Source of the DNA: Cirrosporium novae-zelandiae
Lineage: Eukaryota
Length of the DNA stretch: 20,000 nucleotides
Reading direction: 5' to 3'
NCBI GenBank assembly: GCA_026023565.1
Contig: JAPETS010000072.1
Span: 50,777-70,776, forward strand
Part shown: piece by piece, positions 11,342-20,000 of the stretch
How the letters are laid out: the number at the start of each line of letters is the position of its first letter
How positions within the stretch are numbered: the first letter of the stretch is position 1
The notes under the pieces: model-generated
The model's input: only the letters and a program-made list of their open reading frames with translations
Databases searched by the model: none
Told to the model about the DNA's origin: nothing
Translations under genes and position numbers: made by a program

Positions 11342-13237
11342 ATGGCTTCCATTGACCTCCGTAAATTTTTACAGCGCGATGCACAGCAGTTCCTGTCAGA
11401 CGGTGCTATGGCAACGCAGTGGTTACTTCGTGTGCACAGCTTCCTTAAGCCTATCGTGGATCAATACCCAATCGACAAACAGAACACCGCTCCAAAGATT
11501 CTTTCACGTTTCATGGATTCTTTGACCAATTCTAGTCCTGGAAAATATACCAAGGCACGGAGAATTTTGGAAGAAACAAAATTCAATAACCTTGATGAAA
11601 GGTTGACATGCATCATCAGCAACCTGAAACTAGATCTACGTGCCTTTTTTATATCAGAATCAATGTTGGAACCTCCAGATCTTGGATCAACACCTGTTGG
11701 CGAGATTGGTTTGTTATACCTCCTCAAACGCCTGCATCAATTGGATACTATGGAAAATACTAGTGCTCTAATGATGTGTATCCGTAAAAGATTTTTTCTA
11801 GTCGGCTTTTATCTGCAAGCCAAGGATGCTCACTATGACAACAACCGAATTAAAAGAATTCACCAAGAGTATGGTAGTGATGCAGGCGATGAGGATCGTT
11901 TCCGAGAGCAATTTTGGCACCATTACACATTAGGCAGAATGTACTGTGAATGGGCAGAATTAGCAGGTGGAAACGGGTCACTGTTTCTTTTTCCAAACGT
12001 ATCTGAATCGAGGTGAGTTATTTGACTCGAAATTTCGGCCCTGTACTAATTTCCTTAGTTATCGATATATCATTAAAGAAGAGCGACAGCGGATAGTGGA
12101 GAATTTCCGTGAACATGGCTTATCGGAAGCTATTGATAAATATGAACTCAACAACCTGGCAGATCGGTTAGTAGATGTTTTGGGAAGTAAGAACACGCCC
12201 CATATACCAACTATCACATTCACCGAACCGAATATTTCGGTGAACAGATCAAAAAGGAGATATCAAAAGAATGCTATAAAAAAGAGAAATGATGGACCTA
12301 GCCGAAAGGCGGCCTTTGGTGTTCATCAGTCCACCCTTCAACATCAGCTTCTTCCTATGGACAATAATCTGCCCGAGCAACTAACGTCGGAAAATGAGTC
12401 TACGCTTCCACCGAACGTAATCGATAGGAATCCTGGATCTCACAGCGTTGAAGACGCTAATACATCTACTATCAGACCAGATATTCAACTACCTATAGTA
12501 GAACATGTGACTGAGGTACTACAAGATGAACAGGCCACGCGGATGCATTATCCGATGCGTCAGAATCTAGCTAGTTGCTCAGCAGAATTTGTGGAGAATG
12601 AATCTCAACGTAGTCTGGGGCCCACAGACGCAACACTCTCTGGTAGTCAGTTTACACAACATGATCTCGATGCCATACCACAAGACCTGGCTGCCTCGTT
12701 TTCGAAAGAACCGGTAAACCAAACGGAGATGCAACAAGCGTACGAAGACGCAATAATGACTGAGGACAGCCATGATAGTGTAAATACACACAATTATAAG
12801 ATGAGTTTGGATCAACCCAGTATGACTTCAGTGTCCAGACTTTTATAGCATAGCTAATAGCATTTTTAGTTGATAATATTGCTCACAACAATGCTGAATT
12901 GGGAGAACAAGAAACTGATAGACTTGAAACGAGTAAGTAACACCCTATCTTTAACTTAAACATCCCTAATCAATCGCGTCAAGGCATGGTAGATTCTTTA
13001 AACGTAACTAGCCAAGACATTGAGAGGATTAGCGTCCCTCATGGATATACGCCCTTCGAAGGCTTCACGATACCCTTAGAACGCCAAATAAATCATGAAC
13101 AGATTCAATCACACGTACTGACGACTGCCTTAACCCAGCCTCATAACCAGTCCATATATATGCCTGGTTCGCAGGCATATGACCCTAATAATCAGAACGA
13201 GGTTTCCCTTTTTATCGCAAACGCGCAAATATACTAA
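11342..13237 (+). CDS. About 582-aa hypothetical protein with a helical N-terminal domain and a disordered C-terminal half; exons 11342-12012, 12059-12819, 12870-12932, 12984-13237
   Basis: Seen: introns of 46, 50 and 51 nt (GTGAGT, GTATGA, GTAAGT donors; CTAAT branch points; AG acceptors) join three track ORFs in frame. Motif-like segments IRKRFFLV and GRMYCEWAELAGGNGSLFLFP; basic patch RSKRRYQKNAIKKR as a possible NLS. The 3' end is uncertain. Confidence 0.85.
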
Positions 13238-13375
13238 CTATCCTTGCTACCCCTACGAACTTCCCGAATCCGTCTCTCTCTGGCAAGTATGCAACTCCTC
13301 CACATTTCTTCCGGCGAATTCATGTGATGCGACATCAACCCCCACAAGTATAGGACGAAGCCATATCTCCGTCAT

Positions 13376-13902
13376 TTAGCTATCATATACCTGAGCTATA
13401 AAGAGGCAATCCAGTCCTGGGCTTATTTTGACCGGTTTAGTCATATGTGTTATCCAACCAGGTATTAACAATTTGTGAGGGCTGATTGTTCCTGTCGCAA
13501 TTTGAGGGTCGAATACTCCCCATATATCTGGACTTCCACTCCATATTCTTATCGGAATAATGCAGGCGAAACCTGGGGTGTTTTTAAACGCCGATGGGAA
13601 GGGACCTGGGATTCGCAGTACTGTCCATCCGAAACGAAATGCGCCGAACTATTGTTTTAATTAGCTAGAGTTGATGGAATCCTGTTTCTTTTTCGCCATA
13701 CCCTCCTGACTAGCTCTAGCGCAGACCGAAGCGATTCGGAAGCTTTATTCAAGCCTTCGTCCCTGCAGACTTCAACATCACCACTTGACTCGAACCTTGC
13801 ATCTTTAACCCAAGCTCCAAATTCATCTAGCAAATTTGGGATAATAGGGTTAGTCAGCTTTTCTTGTAGAAGATGAGTGTTGTCATGCCCAATTGTAGCC
13901 AT
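13376..13902 (-). CDS. 157-aa hypothetical protein, beta-rich C-terminal half (possible cupin-like double-stranded beta-helix); exons 13902-13702 and 13648-13376
   Basis: Seen: 53-nt phase-0 intron 13701-13649 (GTATGG...GCTAAT...TAG) leads into a 91-codon open exon FGAFRFGWTVLRIPGPFPSAFKNTPGFACIIPIRIWSGSPDIWGVFDPQIATGTISPHKLLIPGWITHMTKPVKISPGLDCLFIAQVYDS. The fold is inference only. Confidence 0.8.
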
Positions 13903-16705
13903 AACTTCGTCGTCTAACGTACGGCTTTTTTAAATCCGTGGTGGTTGGTCAGCAAAGGATTTAGCAAGAAGTGATTATACGCGATACCCGTACATGTTAA
14001 CTTAAATTTTGCTGAACGATAATCTTTGATACGCAAAGCTCACCAAGGAGCGGGGTATGTTCCTTAGAGGTTACGCAGCTATTGGCGGGGGCGGGGTGGT
14101 GGGGCACCGAACCAAACTCGAAAGTTCTTTGTCATGTGACGAGTTGTGGTATAACGATATTCCGAGTTCCGTACAATAATATTCCGGTTAAATCTTTGCA
14201 AAGTTACGGGTTGAGATCTCCTACTCTTCATTTATCCAAGTCCACCATCATTTTATAGTTTATTCAATAAGCCTCAAACCAGGAATTTCCAGCAGCAGTA
14301 ATAATATAAGGGGTTCTCAAACGAAAAGCATAAAAGACGTTTTGTGATTCCCAAAGTAAACAAATCAACCGCACCCCCCTCAGTACTATTTCAAATCGGT
14401 TGCTATACCTACTACTACACACATGACCAAACCAAACCAAACCAAAACCATTCAATAATGTTCAAACCTAATTGTGCACAAAAGCACAATTACAAGCAGG
14501 ATCCAGGAAGAAGAAGAAAAAGTAAACTTAATTATATAAAGGTGAGATGAATTGTGGCGTTATTGTTGTTGTTGTTGTTCCTATGCGTACATGTAACATG
14601 TATAGTAATTACGAACTTTTTTAGTCCTGCCCTTTCGATTTGAATCTGGTTCTGGAAATGATGGGAAACTAGAGCATTGCCGCCGAATATATTTTTTCTT
14701 GTGTCTACTACACACTGTATAGTATCTATGTGGGCTATACATCTTAATTTCAACAAACCTCGAAGATAATTAAGCTAAGCATAGATACCACTCAAAAAGA
14801 CCTCTTATTACAAGCCCCGGCTTCGAAGGTGGTGAAAGGCTCTCTCCTCTTCCTCTCTCTCTTTCTCTCTCCCACCCAACCAACCCAACAAGCCTAACCA
14901 AAAATCCCAAAATCCCGAAATCCTTTTTTCCACAGTCCCATTCCTTTGGTTTAGTTTCCTTCCAACTTCAAAAAACAAAAACACACATCCCAAATCCATA
15001 AGTCATGAGTCATTATTAATATTACAGTAGGTAATTAATTAGAGACTATGCAAAGTAAAGTTCATGCAATGCTATGCCATGCAATGCTATGCCCTCCGCT
15101 AATAATGAGAAAGAAAATTTCTTAGTTTGTTATATTTCACTGTATGTATGTTCTAATGTTGGGGATATAAGCAAGTAAAAGTAAGCTAAGCTCAATAGAC
15201 AGATAGATAGATTGTAAGTAAAACTTGGGGAAAAGCCCGTTCATTCATGTGTGTATGTGCTCTGCAAGTTTGGAATAACAGGCCCTAGGTAGGAACGAAA
15301 GAAAAAAAAATAATCATCCCCCCAAACCCTAAACCACAATATTCTCCCAACTCCCAAACCTTGAAGAACAGGCTTTGTTTGCTTTATTTATTAAGTGAGT
15401 CAGAAGTCAGAAGTCCCCCTTGTCTCACTCGATCCAGTTTTCGATTCAGATCCGGATTTCACAATCTAACCATGTAACCATGTCCTATGTACAACATGAA
15501 AGGGACTAGGGATTAGGGAGATTCTGAAGAATGGGGACATGACGTGGATTTTTTTGGGGGACAAGGGTTAAGGGTTAAGGGGGATAGGCCTTTAATCTAT
15601 TCATTTTCTCTCATTGTTGTTTTCTAGTCTATTACGTAGGTATGCATAATGGATATATTCTCGAAGCACTGTAAGCATCCAACCCAATGCACACATACCA
15701 TACCACCCTAGATCCAAGTGACATATTATGCATGCCCGTTCTTTTCTCTCAGCCTGGCTGGCTTGGCTAACAGGCTGGCTGCTTGTGTTGTATCATTCGC
15801 AATAGTGCAGTGCAGTGCATCGCTGTGGCTGATTCCCCAGAAAGCCCTTCCTTCCATTGGCAGCAAGTCTAGGTGTTCTGTAGTGCATCTAATTTTTAGC
15901 CTCGTTTCAGGGGGAGGGGGCTGGGGGGGGGCTTGGGGGTTATGTCCCGATGCTGTTGGGGGTTCGTGACCCTTTTCATGCTTCTAGACGGTCCGAATCT
16001 CGCCGTTTACAGTGGACCCTTTTCGTGGCAGCGAGGACATCAAATGGAAGAAACGTCGAGTGGTCTAGGAGCGAGGAATCTCGTACGATCCATCGATTTT
16101 TTAGAGAGCAATGACGATATAAGGGGACCTCCCGATCAAACTTTCCTCCTAAATTCAGATAACGGGGTGGCTTATAGTTCCCACATCCAACTATTTTTTA
16201 ACTATGGACAGTCTTATAAACAACCGAGCCAGCCGATGTTTGTGAGATTTCACTTGCTGATTCTTCAGGTAATCCTTTATCTATGGAAGATTTGGTCTCC
16301 CGAGGACAGCATCCATTTCCCTGTATACGATTGTTTTCAACCCATGGACGTGTATATCAATCCGTCATTTTCTTAAACGTAAGATTCGTCATGGAAGGGT
16401 TAATTCCAAAAATATATCACAATCGCACCGGTTATTTAGTTCTTATCAAGTTATGCTCTAGATATGGTTAAAAGATAGAAAGGTTTTTAGCCTAATCTTA
16501 CGATAGTTAATAAATATGTCAATGGAGAGAAGCAATATTGCTACTCATTTAAATACAATGGAATGTACAGGAGGCATGGAAGCGGATGTTTAGATACTTT
16601 TGAGTGTTAAGTTTTAATTGGTGATTTTCTCCCTTTCACATCGAAGATTTGAAGGCAGTTACTCTCAACAGTTGGACCCGGATGGAAACCTTCCTTACAA
16701 TATAA

Positions 16706-17205
16706 TCATTCTTGTGTGGTTTCCAGCACCTTGAGTTGTTTAGATCGTTCCTCATAATACATTACTATAAGCGTGCATTCACTCTTATTGACTTTGTCCT
16801 TTTTTTCCTTTTCGGAAATAAAGAAGTCACAAGGTCCACTGACGATGGCGATACGCCCTGGTTTCCAATCGATCATCTCTTTCTCTTTGTTAGGAAGTCT
16901 CGGCATGACACGGGTATTAACACGAGGGCATAAAACGGCTAAAGATCTGGATGTAAACATGTTCCACTCCTTGCATATTGATGGGTATCAGGGAGAAAGT
17001 CTTTGAGGCGCTATTCTAATTGTTAGTGTTTGCCAGTTATTTGTAAATTTGCAACGTGAGTTTTACAGTTGGAAGATGGGTATTCACTAAATTCCGTACC
17101 AGTTCTAGGAATTCTCACCGAGTAGTACAACAGGTTGGGGCAGTTTGAATCACGTGCCAGAGATAGAATTTCTTTCGTTTTAAGAAACGGATATATATCT
17201 AACAA
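16706..17205 (-). pseudogene. Stop-interrupted distant paralog of the 157-aa gene; 5' end unresolved and may include ORF 17343-17588
   Basis: Seen: branch and acceptor ACTAAC...AATAG (17027-17011); candidate phase-1 donors at 17066 or 17087; in-frame TGA at 16990-16988. The terminal exon shares A-x3-P-x7-P, PG-x-I-x5-P and [DE]C-x-[LF]I-x3-Y[DE] with the 157-aa protein. Confidence 0.55.
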
Positions 17206-17931
17206 TAAATTCTAACTGCCAGCTTCTCTTGATTAATATTAACATTAACATTAACGAAATTATTTTACTTTAGACTTAGTATTTATTTAATATTAGCTGT
17301 TAATCAACCGAGTTTTCTGCTAAAAAGGCTTATCGTTCGATTTCATGCAAGAAATCGGTCCTTCCTTTTCCCCGCCATCAAATACTCCTCGACTTCAGTG
17401 GAAGCGCTTAACCTTCCATCACCATGGCGTCTTACGATCCAAAAAAGTCCCGCCGTATCGCCGTTATCGATATTCCCGAACCCTTTCATGATGAATACTC
17501 GGCCCTTGTCTAGAACGCCGCTAGAACGGCTCAAGACTGTATATGAGAAGAGCCAGTTAATATACTCCACGTGACACATAATTTTCATACCTCTCAGGAA
17601 ACCATTATTTAACGGTGATCCAAATCCAACATATCCTACTTGGCCCTGTGCTTAGTGTTCTATGACTTACGTCATATCTAGTTAGGATACTTTATTGAAA
17701 CCATATTCTATTGCAGTACAAGAACACCAGAGGCTAATTGATCTAAATACTATTCCGCCAGATGATATATATGCTTATGCACGCTATGTTCTGGGCCTCT
17801 TCAATAAATCTCGTCTGGCCCTCGTGTAAGCGACTCCTTCGTGATATAGCATGTATGACAGCGCTCGTATCCACATTCACTACAATTTTCCCCAGGCCCT
17901 GTTATCTGGCCACATGAGCAGCAGTGAACTC

Positions 17932-18426
17932 TTATGCGTTCTCATACGCAATGATATTCATCAACTTGACGACACTATATTCATATCAGCGGAGCTTATG
18001 GCTAAAAAGAAGAAAGAATTACTAAATCTTTCCTTCTCGGTACTCCTTGCCGTTCGGCTCTTTCTGCAGTACCAGGACTTTCTGTCCTACAGTCATTGTT
18101 GGTATGACCAAAAAGACTGCATCAGGGAGAGTTTCATGTTCTTGTTGTCCGTATGAACCGTTGTGGGCAACAAAAATGGTCTCGAGCTCCTTTTCTTCGA
18201 GCGTAGATGGTAGACTAGAGCTAATGTTAGCATTATTTGAGTGATTAGTCTTAGGATTATCATACAAAACATCAGCATCCTCGCCGAAGGCTTGTGAAAT
18301 GAAGGCTGTCTCGACAGCGCCAATCTTGAGCTCGACAGTATCGTCCTTTTCCGGCCTTCGACCGCCATTACCCTTCTCTAATTCGTATACGCACTCTCCA
18401 AGGGGGATTATGTTAGACAGCTTCAT
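17932..18426 (-). CDS. 131-aa divergent FKBP-like protein, probably catalytically inactive; exons 18426-18266, 18214-18023, 17974-17932
   Basis: Seen: 51-nt in-frame intron 18265-18215 (GTATGA...GCTAAC...TAG) and 48-nt intron 18022-17975 (GTAATT...CTGAT...TAG). GNGGRRPEKDDTVEL, PTMTVGQKVLV and KIYVVKLMNI match, in order, FKBP12-type GDGxxxPxxGxxVxV, xMSVGQRAKL and LVFDVELLKL. Confidence 0.75.
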
Positions 18427-18502
18427 ATTTGTTAGCTAAGGGTATAGGTAAAGTAGGATGGTAGCGATGAAAGTGGTGGATGCCGAAAACGTAACCCACC
18501 CC

Positions 18503-18509
18503 TTTTATA
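18503..18509 (-). promoter_or_regulatory. TATA box (TATAAAA) of the FKBP-like gene
   Basis: Consensus match about 80 nt upstream of ATG 18426. Confidence 0.6.
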
Positions 18510-19957
18510 GGCTCAAGTTTCTGCCAACTCTCAAAGAAATCCAAGGGACTACTAGATAGGCGCTAGAATAAACAACGACCAATTGTCTGTAAGCTACAAC
18601 GCTACAGATGGTGTCCAACGCGATAGTTATCAATATGTTCACCCAACGAGCCACGGGGTGCTGGGAATGAGGAGATCTGGAGAGCCTAGTGCCTGAAAGG
18701 ATCCCAAAGTTCAGCAGAATCGGAATATACTACTCTTGGATCCACTATAGAACATTTGGGCTTGTGCCAATGGAAGGATTTCTAGGAAATCAGCCACAGC
18801 AATGACGACCGCCCCCAACGACACAACATGCAGCCAGGCCAGCCTTAAAATAAAGATGACAACCATGACGAATTATAGCCAGGAAATAGATATGACATGG
18901 ATATGCCGCTTGGATTCAGGATAGCATGCATTGGATGCTGCGGTGCCTCGAGAATCCATTGTGCTCAATGGGCTAGACAGCAGCAACGGGAAGAAGTGAA
19001 CAGATGAAACAATCGTCAATGTAGAAAGCCGGTCTTCATAAAGGTTGGATGGAAAAACAGTTACACGGCATCTTACCCTCTTCTGCTCCCATCTCTCCCT
19101 TGATTTCAACAGGGAAGAGTAAAAAGCAGCTGCATGGGGTCAGGCGCTTTCGACCATTATCTTGGATCTCCCTTGTTCTGTAAGAACGAAATCTCCAATG
19201 GTTTTATGTGGTGTATATGGTAGATTCCAAGGAGCCGTAATTCGGGGCCAAAAAGTGGAGTCAAGAGGACCCCACCAAACTGATTCTTCAAGATTGAGAG
19301 ATAAGCTTCCCAAAACTTAGGCATCGAGCCTGCTTAAAAACCTGCTTATTTCTAGAATTTTCTGCATTAGACAAACCTTACGCGTTGTTGTATAAGTCGA
19401 GGGTTTTTATACAGGGGATTGGAAGCAGTATTGCCATACTTGTAACATGAATGACTCCTAAAAATGCGGATATTTCCGAGTTGGAGCAAACCAAACCAAC
19501 TAATTGAATCGAATCGGGCCCTATAAAAGAATTTGATAATTTCCGTTATCCCCTTCTTTGGATTGGGGGAGTCTCTTCCACCATTCTTCGAAACCCCCTG
19601 TAATAAAAAGTCTTTTTGAATCCTTATCCCAACTAGCTTCGAGATTTTTTCTTCTTTCTTTATAGCCAAGGGTTTGTATAATAAATAACACCTTCAAGGC
19701 AGAGAGAAATAAATACTCTAAGCCTCTGACGAAATAGGTCACACAAGATACTATATCAAATGCAACAGTACTTTGTAACTAGTAACTTCCTTCTCTTCTC
19801 CTTGGTAAGAACCTCTCCAGTCATCTTCTAGCATTAGCAAGCCTATCTAAGCACATCATCTTATCGAAGCTTGGAAATTGAAAAAGTATGGAATTTTTGC
19901 CACGTTATTGAGGGCTAATATAGCATTAAAGCTGGAGATGCGAGGCACAAGAAGGGG

Positions 19958-19983
19958 AAAAAAAAAAGGGGGGGGGGGGGGGG
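19958..19983. repeat. A10 run followed by a G16 run
   Basis: Directly visible. Confidence 0.9.
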
Positions 19984-20000
19984 AGAAATAACCACTTATT

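Noticed and set aside
11461..12815. Antisense ORFs 11461-11727 and 12579-12815
   Set aside because: Shadow frames of the 582-aa gene.
15933..16471. 147-aa and 62-aa plus-strand ORFs and partly open minus frames
   Set aside because: No recognisable motif or consistent splice model. It could be a decayed gene, but I cannot support that.
1..20000. CRISPR arrays, tRNA/rRNA genes, intact transposase or Starship captain recombinase
   Set aside because: No regular repeat-spacer array, cloverleaf, or DDE, RT or tyrosine-recombinase motifs were seen.

Overview
Eukaryotic, intron-containing genomic DNA, most likely a filamentous ascomycete (46-70 nt GT-AG introns with CTRAY branch points, TATA boxes, RIP-like decay). 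Most ORFs in the supplied track are spurious or are single exons. Manual splicing gives: (1) the 5' part of a kinase-like gene running off the left edge (<1-479, -); (2) an about 330-codon reading frame broken by RIP-type stops (3216-4214, -) beside a degenerate tandem duplication; (3) a 74-aa Cys/His microprotein gene (5210-5504, -) inside about 9 kb of microsatellite-rich intergenic DNA; (4) a compact three-gene block (9687-13902) encoding a 292-aa predicted 7-TM protein, a divergent 582-aa unknown protein and a convergent 157-aa beta-rich protein; (5) a stop-interrupted distant paralog of the 157-aa gene (about 16706-17205, -); (6) a 131-aa FKBP-like protein that appears to lack the PPIase active-site residues (17932-18426, -). 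No rRNA, tRNA, CRISPR array or intact transposon was recognised. All gene models and family calls were made by eye, with no database search.
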